The notes beneath the pieces were generated by a model that searched no databases, was not told the DNA's origin, and saw only the letters and a list, made by a program, of their open reading frames with translations. Source: an uncultured Chloroflexia bacterium (lineage in GTDB: Bacteria; Chloroflexota; Dehalococcoidia; UBA2979). Taken from it: a stretch of 64,000 nt of DNA. A program made the position numbers and the translations under genes. The stretch is from NCBI GenBank assembly GCA_963728205.1, contig CAVSIV010000006.1, positions 1,600,001 to 1,664,000 on the forward strand, given 5' to 3'. Shown here piece after piece: positions 38,961 to 51,843 of the stretch. How positions within the stretch are numbered: position 1 is the first letter of the stretch; every line of letters starts with the position of its first letter.

Positions 38961-40566
<1,606 letters not shown>

Positions 40567-40654
40567 CCCAAGCCTTTCCTGGCCGTCCCCCTGGCCGCTG
40601 GGTGGGCGCCGCCGGATTCGGGCGGGCTCTGGCGGGGCAGCATCTTGCAAAGGT

Positions 40655-40670
40655 GTTTCAATGACGTTTC
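40655..40670 (-). promoter_or_regulatory. GlnR-box-like direct repeat upstream of amtB
   Basis: Minus strand GAAAC-N6-GAAAC (11-bp period), resembling the actinobacterial GTNAC-N6-GAAAC box. Confidence 0.45.
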
Positions 40671-40829
40671 ACGCAGGATCGGTCGGAGCACATGGGGTTC
40701 CGAGCGGTGCCGGTCAGGCCGCTCCGGGCCGCGGAGCGGCAGCGCGGAATATTGCGTACAATCCCGCCACCCAGCCGCCTCTCCCCGTCCCGCTGGAGCC
40801 CGCGTTATCCACTCCGACTGCTCGGCTGA

Positions 40830-41727
<898 letters not shown>

Positions 41728-41757
41728 CAGGTGGGCGCGCGCTCGCCGTCCACCCAC

Positions 41758-42174
41758 CTACAGCACGAAGTACAGGCGCAGCCAGTCCTCGAGATCGGCG
41801 ATGTCCACGCCGAGGCCGCTCGCGTACATGAACGACACCATGTGCGGGCTGAAGCCGTAGCCGGAGAAGCAGACGATGCCCTGGATCGGCCAGGCGCGGA
41901 TGTCCTCGATCGTGCCGGGAATCTTCTCCTCGGCCGTGCCCTTGCCGCGCTGGAACTTGCACTCGATGCCGAGCGAACGACGTGTGCTCATGTCGGTGAC
42001 GACCACGTCGATGTGGCGCACGGGGCCATAGACGCGCCGGCCGACCTTCACCTGCCGCCGCACCTGCAGGCCGAGCGAGCGCGCGATGTCGGCGCAGGCC
42101 TCCTCGAGCTCGAGCGCGCTGTGCGGCTCGAGCATCGACGGCTGCTGCGGATCGCGTCCGCGCGCGGCGGGCAT
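41758..42174 (-). CDS. Small PD-(D/E)XK nuclease-fold protein
   Basis: LEE...RHIDVVV...GIECKFQ...GTAEEKIP pattern; convergent with the MTase. Confidence 0.75.
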   Translation of the reverse strand: MPAARGRDPQQPSMLEPHSALELEEACADIARSLGLQVRRQVKVGRRVYGPVRHIDVVVTDMSTRRSLGIECKFQRGKGTAEEKIPGTIEDIRAWPIQGIVCFSGYGFSPHMVSFMYASGLGVDIADLEDWLRLYFVL

Positions 42175-42179
42175 CGCGG

Positions 42180-43253
42180 TCAGACCGCCATCGGCTCGAC
42201 GCCGACGGCGCGGCCGGCGCCCGTGATCTCGCCCCAGGTGGCGTCGTCGAGCTCGATGCCGGAGGCGAGCCGCTCGGACATGCGCCGCCGCTCGGGCTCG
42301 CCGGCGGTCATCACGCCGTCGAAGCCGTCGCGGAACGGCGGGGTCTTCACGTAGTCGACGAGGCCGGAGAGCGCGCCGGCGAAGGCGTCGGCGCCGCCGA
42401 GGCGCGCCGGGTCGAGCGCGAGCATGAAGATCGAGTTGCCGCCGTGGGTGGCGTCGGGCCGCGTCGTGCCGGCCGGCGAGAGCGCGCCGGCGAGCAGCTC
42501 GACGGCCATGGAGAGGCCGAAGCCCTTGTGGCCGAACGCGCCGCCGAGCGGCAGCAGCGCGCCCGGCGGCCGCGACCCCGGCGGGTCCCCGCCGTAGAGG
42601 TCCCACGGGTCGACGGTCGCCCGGCCGGCGCCGTCGATCAGCAGGTCGGGTGCGAGTGGCACGCCCTTGTTGCGCGCCACGCGCGCCTTGCCCTCGGCGA
42701 TGGCCGACGTCGCCATGTCGAGCACGAACGGCTCGTCGGGGTTGCCGGTCGGCCCGGCGATCATGATCGGGTTCGTGGAGAGCCGCCGCTCCGCACCGCC
42801 GAACGGCGCGACCAGCCGCCCCGCGCCGTGGTTGTTCACGCACGCGATCGCCACCAGCCCGGCCGCGACGGCCTGCTCGCCGTAGGCGCCCACGCGCCCG
42901 ACATGCGCCGACTGGTGCGCGACCGCCACGCCGACGCCCGACTCGCGCGCCTTCGCGATCGCGACCTCCATCGTTCGCCGCGCCACGACCTGCCCGTAGT
43001 TCCAGTGCCCGTTGACGACCGCGGTCGTCGGCGTCTCGTGCTCCACCTCGACGGCGGCGCCCGGGACGGTCACGCCGGCCTGCGCCTGTCGCACGTAGCC
43101 CTCGATACGGATCACGCCGTGCGAGTCGTGCCCCTTGAGATTTGCCTCGACGAGGTGCTCGGCGACCGCGCGCGCCTCGTCGGCGGGGGCGCCGGTCGCC
43201 TCGAAGATGCGGGTCACGTAGTCGCGGAGCGGCGCGGCGTGGACGACGGGCAT
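42180..43253 (-). CDS. Ldh_2 family (malate/lactate/ureidoglycolate) dehydrogenase
   Basis: GHDSHG, HVGR.G.Y, TNPI, LDMATS and GHKGFGL motifs. Confidence 0.93.
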   Translation of the reverse strand: MPVVHAAPLRDYVTRIFEATGAPADEARAVAEHLVEANLKGHDSHGVIRIEGYVRQAQAGVTVPGAAVEVEHETPTTAVVNGHWNYGQVVARRTMEVAIAKARESGVGVAVAHQSAHVGRVGAYGEQAVAAGLVAIACVNNHGAGRLVAPFGGAERRLSTNPIMIAGPTGNPDEPFVLDMATSAIAEGKARVARNKGVPLAPDLLIDGAGRATVDPWDLYGGDPPGSRPPGALLPLGGAFGHKGFGLSMAVELLAGALSPAGTTRPDATHGGNSIFMLALDPARLGGADAFAGALSGLVDYVKTPPFRDGFDGVMTAGEPERRRMSERLASGIELDDATWGEITGAGRAVGVEPMAV

Positions 43254-43330
43254 CGCGGTCCCTCTCGATATGGCAGCGGGTCCGGGCGACTATAGCCCGC
43301 GATCGCAGGACGGGCGGAGCCCCGTCGGTT

Positions 43331-43533
43331 GGCGTCGAGCGGCAGCCGGGAGGTTGCCGATCCCTCCATGGCATCGACGCCAGGCGAGGTCGGTCGGCGG
43401 ATGGTCGCGGCCCCGGCCGGCGAGGCGGCCGCTGCGCGGCGAATCAATCGGCAGCCTGCCGGCAGCCGCTCGACGCCGGCCGCGGCCGCTGCGCGGGAGC
43501 CGATCGGCAGCCTGCCGGCAGCCGCTCGACGCC
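43331..43533. repeat. Family E: three ~31-bp copies (one inverted, two tandem)
   Basis: ATCGGCAGCCTGCCGGCAGCCGCTCGACGCC at 43447 and 43503; inverted variant at 43331-43361. Confidence 0.8.
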
Positions 43534-43541
43534 GGCCGCGG

Positions 43542-44855
43542 CTACGGGGTCGGGCGCGGCGACCAGGCGGCGAACACGCCGTCGGCGATGCGGATCGGGG
43601 CAGCGGTCGAGTCCACGGACTGTACCCACACGCCGCTCTCGCCCTCGCCGTCGCTGCCCGCGTACACGAACTGCGAGCCGTCCGGCGACCAGAGCGAGAG
43701 CGCTCGCGCGTACTGGTCGAACGCGGGGAGGTAGTCGCGCGCCAGCTCCAGGCTCGGCGCGAACGCGTCGAGGCGGGTCGTCCTGTGCCCGTCCCAAATC
43801 GACCACCGCGTCTGGATGCCCTTCGCGTCGCGCTCGACCGAGAGGTAGAGCAAGCGACGGCTGTCGGGGCTCCAGAAGAACGCGGCGACCGGGGTCTGCG
43901 TGACGCGGATGGGCCGGCCGGTCGCCAGATCCTGCACGACCAGCGCGTCCGTGATCGCGAGCGGGGCCTGCCGCGAGGACGTCGACAGCGCGACGGTCTG
44001 GCCGCGCGACACGGGCTGCGGCTGCAGCGGCTGCGCCTGGTAGGCGAGCCGCCGCGCGTCGGGGCTGACCGCGAACGCGATCTCGCCGTCGAAGCGCAGC
44101 ACGTCGTGACGCGCACCGTTCGGCAGGGCTGCGACGAGCGTCTGCTGGCCGGCGTGCTGCGCGGCATAGAGCAGGAGGTCGCCGGCCGCGTTCGCGCTCC
44201 ACTGCGGCGCCCGGAAGCGCCCGCCCGACTGGGCGATGGGCTGCGACGCGCCGTTCACGGTGATGTTGCCGAGCAGGTCCCCACCGGCATGGAGGAAGAC
44301 GCCGCCGCCGTCGGGCTGCCAGTCGAAGTAGAGGGGCTGTCCCCCGGCGATCACGCGTGCGCGCGTGGGGTCGCCCGCCGTGTCGACCACCCCGAGCGCC
44401 GTGCCGGTGCGGCCGCTCGGCACGAGATAGGCGACCCGCATCGACGTCGGATCCCACGACAGGAAGAAGGCGGGCGCATCGAGCGGCGCCTCGGCGCGCC
44501 CGCTGCCGTCGGCACGCGCGGTGACGAGCGCGACGCGCTCGTCGGAACCCCGGCCGGTGACCTCCACCCACGCCACGCGCGAGGCGTCGGGCGACCAGGT
44601 CGGCTGCTGCGCGCGACGCCCGCCGCCGCCGTCCTGGAGGTCAATCCGTCCCTGGCCGTCCGGCGCGACGGTGAACAGTCCGCCGTTCGCGGCGAGCACG
44701 AGGATGCGTCCGTTGGTCGCCGTGATGCGGTCCACGGGCGCGGGCGTGCGCGTGGCGGCGGGGCCCCCGTCCGCGAGCGAGGCGCAGCCGGCGAGCACCG
44801 CCGTGCACGCGACGGCGACGGCGGCGAGGAGGGACAGGCGCACGCGGAGAGGCAT
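43542..44855 (-). CDS. Lipoprotein with TolB-like (PD40) beta-propeller
   Basis: Lipobox LAGC; repeated WSPD/WDP/WQPD blades. Confidence 0.85.
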   Translation of the reverse strand: MPLRVRLSLLAAVAVACTAVLAGCASLADGGPAATRTPAPVDRITATNGRILVLAANGGLFTVAPDGQGRIDLQDGGGGRRAQQPTWSPDASRVAWVEVTGRGSDERVALVTARADGSGRAEAPLDAPAFFLSWDPTSMRVAYLVPSGRTGTALGVVDTAGDPTRARVIAGGQPLYFDWQPDGGGVFLHAGGDLLGNITVNGASQPIAQSGGRFRAPQWSANAAGDLLLYAAQHAGQQTLVAALPNGARHDVLRFDGEIAFAVSPDARRLAYQAQPLQPQPVSRGQTVALSTSSRQAPLAITDALVVQDLATGRPIRVTQTPVAAFFWSPDSRRLLYLSVERDAKGIQTRWSIWDGHRTTRLDAFAPSLELARDYLPAFDQYARALSLWSPDGSQFVYAGSDGEGESGVWVQSVDSTAAPIRIADGVFAAWSPRPTP

Positions 44856-44969
44856 GGGGCGGAAGGCTACCCAGTCGGCGGCGGCGCTGTCCATGGGGCG
44901 CCCCGGCGCCGCCGACGGCGCGACCGCCATCTCACCGCCCGGAGAGGCGGCCATCGCGCGGGCTCCCGC

Positions 44970-45770
44970 CTACGCGTCCGGCTCGAGCGCGCCGACGTTC
45001 GCGCCGCCCCGCGCGGCAGCCAGTGCCGTCACGGCCTCCTTGCGCATGAAGCCGAGCTCCGACCCCAGCGTCACCATCTGGAAGCCCTGCTTGAGGTAGC
45101 GCGTCGTGAACTCGACCGAGCCTGTGTGGATGCCGGGCGCCACGCCGTGGCGCTTGCAGGCCTCGAGGATCCGGTCGACGGTCGCGACATGCGTGGGCTC
45201 GTTGTTGTCGCCGGTCGGCTGCAGGCCGATCGCGTACGCAAGGTCTGACGGGCCGATGTACGCGGCGTCGACGCCGGGCACCGAGAGGATCTCGTCGAGC
45301 TTCTCGATGCCCTCGGCGGTCTCGATCATCACGATGCACGCAATCTCGTCGTTCGCCCAGGACTGGTAGCCGGGACCCCCGTACATCGCGGCGCGCGCGG
45401 GGCCCGACGAGCGGCCGCCCGCCGGCGGGTAGCGCATCGCCGCCACGGCGCGCTCGGCCTCCTGCTTGTTGTCGACGAGGGGCACGACCACGCCGTACGC
45501 GCCGGCGTCGAGCACCCGCATGATGATCGACGGCTCGTTGCCGGGCACGCGCACGAACGGGATCGTCTTCGTCGTCGAGATCGCCTGCAGCATCGAGACA
45601 CACACGGGGTAGTCCGCGATGCCGTGCTGCATGTCGATGCAGAGCCAGTCGAAGCCGGCGTGCGCCATCGCCTCGGCGGAGAACGCCGAGTCGATGGACA
45701 GCCAGGCGCCGACGGTCTGCTCGCCGTTGCGCCATGCGCGGAGCACGTGATTCGGTCGCATGTGGGTCAC
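44970..45770 (-). CDS. HpcH/HpaI aldolase family
   Basis: GFDW..IDMQH, LDAGA.GV.VP, MIET and IGPSDL motifs. Confidence 0.93.
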   Translation of the reverse strand: MTHMRPNHVLRAWRNGEQTVGAWLSIDSAFSAEAMAHAGFDWLCIDMQHGIADYPVCVSMLQAISTTKTIPFVRVPGNEPSIIMRVLDAGAYGVVVPLVDNKQEAERAVAAMRYPPAGGRSSGPARAAMYGGPGYQSWANDEIACIVMIETAEGIEKLDEILSVPGVDAAYIGPSDLAYAIGLQPTGDNNEPTHVATVDRILEACKRHGVAPGIHTGSVEFTTRYLKQGFQMVTLGSELGFMRKEAVTALAAARGGANVGALEPDA

Positions 45771-45895
45771 CCGTCCCTTCGCGCGCGCCGGGTGGCGCGG
45801 CCCGTTTCCCGCTTCGCGGTTCGACGTCGCTGGCGACGCACGGTGCGTTCCGCGGCGCGCTCACCGCGACGGGCGCACCCGGCGGGGCGTTCGCG

Positions 45896-46900
45896 TCAGG
45901 CGAGCGCCGCCCGCGGCTGCACCTCGTCGCGGTTCGGCACGAACTCCGGCCAGCGGCCGTTCACCAGCACGTCGACGACCGCCTCGCCGACGCGCCGCTT
46001 GAGCGCGTCGAACGCGCGGTCCGAGTAGCTCGCGGAGTGCGGCGTGAGCACGACGTTCTCGAGCGTGCCGAGCGGCGAGTCGCCGGAGAGCGGCTCGCGC
46101 TCGAAGACGTCGAGGCCGGCGCCGGCAATCTCACCCGACTGCAGCGCGTCAATCAACGCCATCTCGTCGACGACCGGGCCGCGTGACGTATTCACCAGGT
46201 AGGCGGTCGACTGCATGCGCCGGAACTGCTCGGCGCCCATCAGGTGGTGTGTTTCGGGCGTGAGCGGCGTGTGCAACGAGACGAAGTCGGCGCGCGCCAG
46301 CAGCTCGTCGAGCGTCGCGACGCGCTCCACGCCGTGCTCGGCGAAGACGGCGTCCGGCACGTACGGGTCGGTGGCGATCACCCGCAGGTCGAAGGCGCGG
46401 GCGCGCTGCGCGACGGCGCGCGCGATGTTGCCGAAGGCGACGAGCCCGAGCACCTGCCCGGTGATGTGCGGCATGTGCGACAGGGCGCCGGGCCGCCAGC
46501 GGCCCCGGCGCACCGCGCGGTCGAGCGGGATCAGCTGCTTGGACAGCGCGAGGAGCAGCATCATCGCGTGGTTCGCGACCTCGGGCTGGCAGAAGTCGGG
46601 GAAGTGCGCGACGACGACGCCGTGATCGGTCGCGGCGGGGATGTCGAGCGAGTCGAGTCCGACGCCGTAGCGGACGAGCAGCTTGAGCTTCGGCAGGCGG
46701 GCGATCACGCCGCGGGTGATCGGAGCCGCGGAGACGAGGACGGCGTCGGCGTCCTCGAGGTTTGCGACGAGCTCGTCCTCGGTGCGGCCGCGACTGATGC
46801 GGAACTCGCCCCCGGCGGCCTCGATCACGGCGCGCTCGATCTCGAACGCGCCCTCGCTGGTGGCGTCGGAGTGGATGGCGATGAAACGGGGTTCGGCCAT
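45896..46900 (-). CDS. D-2-hydroxyacid dehydrogenase family (CtBP-like)
   Basis: RYGVGLD, FGNIA, HTPLT, NTSRG, GLDVFEREP and TPHSA motifs. Confidence 0.92.
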   Translation of the reverse strand: MAEPRFIAIHSDATSEGAFEIERAVIEAAGGEFRISRGRTEDELVANLEDADAVLVSAAPITRGVIARLPKLKLLVRYGVGLDSLDIPAATDHGVVVAHFPDFCQPEVANHAMMLLLALSKQLIPLDRAVRRGRWRPGALSHMPHITGQVLGLVAFGNIARAVAQRARAFDLRVIATDPYVPDAVFAEHGVERVATLDELLARADFVSLHTPLTPETHHLMGAEQFRRMQSTAYLVNTSRGPVVDEMALIDALQSGEIAGAGLDVFEREPLSGDSPLGTLENVVLTPHSASYSDRAFDALKRRVGEAVVDVLVNGRWPEFVPNRDEVQPRAALA

Positions 46901-47057
46901 GCGCGGCAGGATCGGCGGCGCGTCCACCCCTGTCAACGCGGCGGAGCGCGAGCGCCCCGCGACGGCATCACGAAACGTATCGCCGGGGGCGGTCGGGGCT
47001 TTTCACGCTGTCGTAGGATGACGCCAACCGCGGGGGGTTCGAAGCGGGGTGATCCGA

Positions 47058-47603
47058 ATGAGCTGGTACGACGTCATGCTGACGCCGCTCGGTGCGGTGT
47101 TCGTCGGCGGGTCGGATGCCGGTCTGCACCGGGTCGACTTCATGAGCAGGGCGCACGGGGTGCGCTGGTTCATGGACCGGCTCGTCGGCGACACCCACGC
47201 AGAACCGCGGCACGACCCGGACGCTGCCGGCGACGCGGTGTCGCAGCTCGCCGCCTACTTCGGCGGCACGCGGCTGGGGTTCGACCTGCCTCTGGCGCCG
47301 CGCGGCACGGAGTTTCAGCGCAAGGTGTGGGCGGCGCTGCGGCGGATCCCGCCGGGCGAGACGCTGAGCTACGGGGAGATCGCGGCGGCGGTGGGGCGCC
47401 CCACGGCGTCGCGCGCGGTGGGAGCGGCGAACGGCCGCAACCCGCTCGCAATCGTCGTGCCGTGCCACCGCGTGGTCGGGGCGAACGGTCAGCTCACGGG
47501 GTACGCGGGCGGCCTGGACCGCAAGCGCTGGCTGCTGCAGCACGAGCACGAGAAGCGCTGCGCGGCGGAGCCCGCACCGCCCGGGCGGCTCGCCCAGGCT
47601 TAG
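47058..47603 (+). CDS. ogt: Methylated-DNA-protein-cysteine methyltransferase
   Basis: GTEFQ..VW, RAVG.ANG.NP, PCHRV and GYAGG motifs. Confidence 0.95.
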   Translation: MSWYDVMLTPLGAVFVGGSDAGLHRVDFMSRAHGVRWFMDRLVGDTHAEPRHDPDAAGDAVSQLAAYFGGTRLGFDLPLAPRGTEFQRKVWAALRRIPPGETLSYGEIAAAVGRPTASRAVGAANGRNPLAIVVPCHRVVGANGQLTGYAGGLDRKRWLLQHEHEKRCAAEPAPPGRLAQA

Positions 47604-47854
47604 TTTTCGCGCTACCGGCCGCGCGCGCGGACGGGCTCACGCCCGACCGCCGCGCGGCCACTGCCTGCGCTCGTCGCGCGGGCGAGCGCCCGCGCCCCTC
47701 GCTCCGGCGGGCGCGTGGGTGCGCGGAGGGTTGAGCGTTGACGGACGACGGCTCGCGCCGTCGGCGGGCGGCGAACAGCGCGCGGTAGGATGCCGGGCGG
47801 AACACCGCGGGTGCGGCAGCCGGGCGGGCGCCGCGGACGAGGGGGAGAAGGACG

Positions 47855-48646
47855 ATGGGATCACTCGACGGCAAGGTCGCGATCGTCGTCGGCGCGAGCC
47901 GCGGCATCGGGGCAGACATCGCGAAGCACCTCGGCGGCGCAGGCGCGAAGGTCGCGGTCGGCGCCCGCACCGAGGTCCAGAAGGACCCGCGGCTGCCGGG
48001 GACGATCCACTCCGTCTCCGAGGAGATCCGCGCGACGGGCGGCACCGCGCTGCCCGTCGTGATGAACCTGCGCGACATGGACAGCGTGCGCGCCGGCATC
48101 AAGCAGACGCTCGACGAGTGGGGCCGCGTCGACATCCTCGTGAACAACGCCGCCATCTTCGTGCCCGGCACGATCGAGACGGTGCAGGACCGGCACATCG
48201 ACCTCAGCTTCGGGGTGAACCTGCTCGGGCCGATCCTCGCGATGCGCGAGATCCTGCCGCACCTGCGCGAGGCGGGCGGCGGGCACATCATCAACATCTC
48301 GTCGCGCGGCGCGCTGTTCCCGGGACCCGGCCCGTACGACACCTCGCGCAAGCCGGGCGGCGACGTCTTCTACGGCGCGCAGAAGGCCGCGATCGAGCGG
48401 TTCTCGCAGCAGCAGGCGTGGCTGCTGCAGGACGAGAACATCGCGGTGAACGTGCTGTCGCCGCAGGGGCGCATCAAGACGCCCGGCAACATCTACGCGC
48501 AGAACGACCGTGAGAACCCCGACCTCGACTTCGAGGCGGCGGACGACATGGGCAAGGCGGCGGTCTGGATCTGCGCGCAGGCGGCGAAGGACTTCACCGG
48601 GAACATCGTCTACGACCAGGAGTTCTGCAAGGAGAAGGGGCTCTAG
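47855..48646 (+). CDS. Short-chain dehydrogenase/reductase
   Basis: GASRGIG, LVNNA and YGAQK motifs. Confidence 0.93.
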   Translation: MGSLDGKVAIVVGASRGIGADIAKHLGGAGAKVAVGARTEVQKDPRLPGTIHSVSEEIRATGGTALPVVMNLRDMDSVRAGIKQTLDEWGRVDILVNNAAIFVPGTIETVQDRHIDLSFGVNLLGPILAMREILPHLREAGGGHIINISSRGALFPGPGPYDTSRKPGGDVFYGAQKAAIERFSQQQAWLLQDENIAVNVLSPQGRIKTPGNIYAQNDRENPDLDFEAADDMGKAAVWICAQAAKDFTGNIVYDQEFCKEKGL

Positions 48647-48707
48647 CGAGCCCCTGCTCGCTGCGGCGCGGGGCGTGCATAGCGGTCGCGCAAACTACGC
48701 TGGGCGC

Positions 48708-49154
48708 ATGGCCGCCGGTTCTCCAACCCGTGCGTTGCTCGTGGTCGATCGCGTCTTTCGCGTCGCGGGAAGCGGCGTGCTGGCAGCGCTCGCCATCACG
48801 GGGGCGATGCTCGCGGCAGGGAGCGACGCCTGGCGCGTTCCGTTCGTGCTCGCGCACCTCTGCGCGTTGATCGCGCTCGTGCCGCTCGGCGTGGCGCTGG
48901 TCGTGGGCGCGGTTCGGGACGGGTACGCGCTGCGCCGCTCGCCCACGGGAGCCGTGCGCGCAGTGATCGACCGTTACCCGGTCGTCGTCGCGCTCGTCGT
49001 GCTCTCATTCGTCACCGTCGCGGTCTCGCTGTCGCAGTTCAACGGCGTGCAGTGGCTGCGCACGGTCGCCAATCTCGCGACGGTCGCCATCGCGCTGACG
49101 CTCGTGGCGCGCTATCTGCGCCGCGGTCCACCGGGACGTGCGGCGGGGCGCTAG
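48708..49154 (+). CDS. Hypothetical membrane protein (4 TM)
   Basis: Four hydrophobic segments; TACGCT 6 nt before the ATG. Confidence 0.65.
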   Translation: MAAGSPTRALLVVDRVFRVAGSGVLAALAITGAMLAAGSDAWRVPFVLAHLCALIALVPLGVALVVGAVRDGYALRRSPTGAVRAVIDRYPVVVALVVLSFVTVAVSLSQFNGVQWLRTVANLATVAIALTLVARYLRRGPPGRAAGR

Positions 49155-49192
49155 TCTCAGAGCCTCGGAGCGCGGAGGGGTGCCCGGTGGCC

Positions 49193-50482
49193 ATGACGGC
49201 GGTGCGGGCGAGCATGGAGCGACGCGTCATCGTGTCGGCCGCGCTCGCCCACGCGATGACCCACACGCTGGAGCTCACGTTCGCGGCGCTGCTCGTGCGC
49301 ATCGGCGCGCAGTACGGGGTCGACGTCGCCGTGCTGGGCGCGGTCGCGAACGCGGGGACCGTCACGTTCGGCGTGACCGCGCTGCCGTCGGGCTGGCTCG
49401 TCGACCGGTTCGGGCCGCGCACGGTGATGGTCGCGGCGATGTGGTTCGCGGGCGTGTTCGCGCTGCTCGTCGCCGCGTCGCCGTCGCTGCTGTTCCTCGC
49501 GGCGGCGCTGACGCTGCTCGGCGCCGGCATCGGGCTGTACCACCCGGCCGGCACGTCGATGGTCGCGACGGTGGCCGAGCGTCGTGGGCTTGGGCTCGCG
49601 GCGCAGGGCATCGCGGGGAACCTCGGGGTCGCGCTGTCGCCGGTGCTCGCGGTCGCGATCTCGATCGTGTTCGACTGGCGCGTCGCGTACGTCTGCTTCG
49701 GCGTGGCGGCGTTCCTGGTGGGGCTGCTCGTGCTGCGCATCGCGCCGAGCCGCGCGGAAGCGACGGTCGCGGTGGCGGCGCGCGCCCGCGCGCAGGCGGC
49801 CGCGCCGCCGCACCGGCGCCTGACGGCACCGCCGGCGGTGCGGCACTGGCTCACGCCGGCGCTGCTGCTGATCTACGGGTCGGCGATCCTGCAGGGGTTC
49901 ATCTACCGCGGCTCGCTCACGTTCCTCACGCTGCACCTGCGCGAGCACCTCGGCATCCACGTCTTCGGCTGGGATCCCGAGGCGGTGGCCGGCGCCGCCG
50001 CGACGCTCGTGCTGCTCGCCGCGGTATTCGGACAGATCGCCGGCGGCACGCTGTCGGACCGCATCCCGGTCGAGCGCGCCGTGCTCCCGTTCATCGCGCT
50101 GACCGGGCCGTTCCTCTTCCTGATCGGGCCGTCGACCGGCGTGCTGCTGCTCGTCGCGTGCGCGGGATTCGTGCTGATGAACTTCGCGCAGCAGCCGGTG
50201 TTCAACGGGCTCATCACCGACTACTCCCCGGACGGGGCAGTCGGCCGCGCGTTCGGGATCTCGTTCTTCCTCACGTTCGGGCTGGGGTCGTTTTCCGCCA
50301 CCTTCGCGGGGATGATCGCGAACCGCTGGGGTACGCCGCAGGTGTTCTTCGCACTGGGGTGCGTGTCCCTGACGATGGTCGTGGCGATGGCGACCGTCGC
50401 GCTCGGCGCGGAGCGGCGGCGGGCGCGGCACGCGTCGGCGCGCGCACGCGAGTCGGCGGCGGAGCTGGTCGCGGAGTCCTGA
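49193..50482 (+). CDS. MFS transporter
   Basis: GWLVDRFGPR, YHP and G.LSDR motifs; about 12 TM. Confidence 0.9.
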   Translation: MTAVRASMERRVIVSAALAHAMTHTLELTFAALLVRIGAQYGVDVAVLGAVANAGTVTFGVTALPSGWLVDRFGPRTVMVAAMWFAGVFALLVAASPSLLFLAAALTLLGAGIGLYHPAGTSMVATVAERRGLGLAAQGIAGNLGVALSPVLAVAISIVFDWRVAYVCFGVAAFLVGLLVLRIAPSRAEATVAVAARARAQAAAPPHRRLTAPPAVRHWLTPALLLIYGSAILQGFIYRGSLTFLTLHLREHLGIHVFGWDPEAVAGAAATLVLLAAVFGQIAGGTLSDRIPVERAVLPFIALTGPFLFLIGPSTGVLLLVACAGFVLMNFAQQPVFNGLITDYSPDGAVGRAFGISFFLTFGLGSFSATFAGMIANRWGTPQVFFALGCVSLTMVVAMATVALGAERRRARHASARARESAAELVAES

Positions 50483-50549
50483 GCGGCGGCGAGCGCGCGG
50501 CCGCCCGCGTCCCTAGACTGTGCGCGCGGGGGCCGGGAGGCGTGGCGGC

Positions 50550-50936
50550 GTGCTGAAGCTGGCCGGGCTCTTCGCGCTCGTCGTGGCGCTCGTGATGTGG
50601 CTGCTGCTCGCGTCGACGCTGCTCGATGGGCTGCGCAGCGGCCAGCGGGCGTCGGTGCTGGCGACGGTGACCGCGACGGTGCCGGCGGCCGCCGACACGG
50701 CGACGCCGGCCGTGGTGGCGGAGACCGCATCGCCGACGTCGAGCGCAGCCGCGGCGCAGACGCCCGCGGCGACCGCAGCCGCGAGCGAGCGGCGGTACAC
50801 GGTGCAGCCGGGCGACAACCTCACGAAGATCGCGCGCACGTTCGACGTGACGGTGGAGGCGCTCGAGTCGGCGAACCACATCACGGACCCGTCGACGCTG
50901 CAAGCCGGGCAGGTGCTCGTCATTCCGAGGTCGTAG
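50550..50936 (+). CDS. Membrane-anchored LysM domain protein
   Basis: N-terminal TM, Ala/Thr linker, then YTVQPGDNL..IA..F.V....L..AN.I.DP..L..GQ.L.IP. Confidence 0.9.
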   Translation: MLKLAGLFALVVALVMWLLLASTLLDGLRSGQRASVLATVTATVPAAADTATPAVVAETASPTSSAAAAQTPAATAAASERRYTVQPGDNLTKIARTFDVTVEALESANHITDPSTLQAGQVLVIPRS

Positions 50937-50945
50937 GGGCGCGGG

Positions 50946-50970
50946 CCGGCGGCATGTCTGCCGGCCGCTG
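50946..50970. repeat. Single degenerate REP family A arm
   Basis: CCGGCGGCATGTCTGCCGGCCGCTG between convergent genes. Confidence 0.55.
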
Positions 50971-51021
50971 AGGGCGGCCGGCGCCGTGCTGCTCGGCCGG
51001 GCGCGCGTGCGCGAGCGCGTG

Positions 51022-51843
51022 CTACTCGAGCGTCAGCGGCGTGTCGTCGCGGTTGGCCCACTCGCCCATCGAGCCGTCGTAGTTGCGCACGCGGTCGTTG
51101 CCGAGCAGCGTCAGCACGAAGTGGCCGAAGGCGCCGCGGATGCCGGACTGACAGTAGGTGACCGTCTCGGCGTCGGGGTCGATGCCGGCCTGCTCGAGCG
51201 CGGCGCGGATCTCCGGGAGCGGGCGGAAGCGGCGCGCGGGCGGGCCCTGCATCAGCGTGCGCCACTCCAGGTGTCGCGCGCCGGGCACGCGGCCGACGCG
51301 CGCGTTGCCGCGGTCGTTCGTGCCGTCCCACTCGTCGGGCGCCCGCGTGTCCCAGAGCGCGGGCCCCCGCCCGCCGTCGATCGCCGCCTTCAGGTCGTCC
51401 GCGAGCATCACGACGGACGCGTCCGGCCGCGCGGTGAACGTGCCGGGCGCCGGCCGCGGCGGCGCCGACGTCAGCGACCGGCCCTCGTCGAGCCACGCGT
51501 TGAAGCCGCCGTCGACGACGCGCACGTCGCGGTGGCCGTAGTGGCGGAACACCCACCACACGCGCGCCGCGTGCAGCGATGCGTTGTCGTCGTAGACGAC
51601 GACCGGCGTGTCCGCCGAGACGCCCGCGTGGCGCGCGAAGGCCTCGAACTCCTCGGCCGTCATCACCAGCCGGCCGTTTGCGGCGCCCTTCAGGTACGGG
51701 TGCGGCACGCCGACGGCGCCGGGGACGTGCGCGCGGCGGTAGGCGACGGCCTCGCCGGCGTCGATCAACACCATCGCCGGGTCGTCCAGGTGGCCCGCCA
51801 GCCACTCGGTGCTCACCAGCAGCTCGTCCGCGCGTCCGGTCAT
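51022..51843 (-). CDS. Double-domain rhodanese/sulfurtransferase
   Basis: LVSTEWL, HVPGA, ARVWW, YCQSG.R and YDGS..EW motifs. Confidence 0.93.
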   Translation of the reverse strand: MTGRADELLVSTEWLAGHLDDPAMVLIDAGEAVAYRRAHVPGAVGVPHPYLKGAANGRLVMTAEEFEAFARHAGVSADTPVVVYDDNASLHAARVWWVFRHYGHRDVRVVDGGFNAWLDEGRSLTSAPPRPAPGTFTARPDASVVMLADDLKAAIDGGRGPALWDTRAPDEWDGTNDRGNARVGRVPGARHLEWRTLMQGPPARRFRPLPEIRAALEQAGIDPDAETVTYCQSGIRGAFGHFVLTLLGNDRVRNYDGSMGEWANRDDTPLTLE

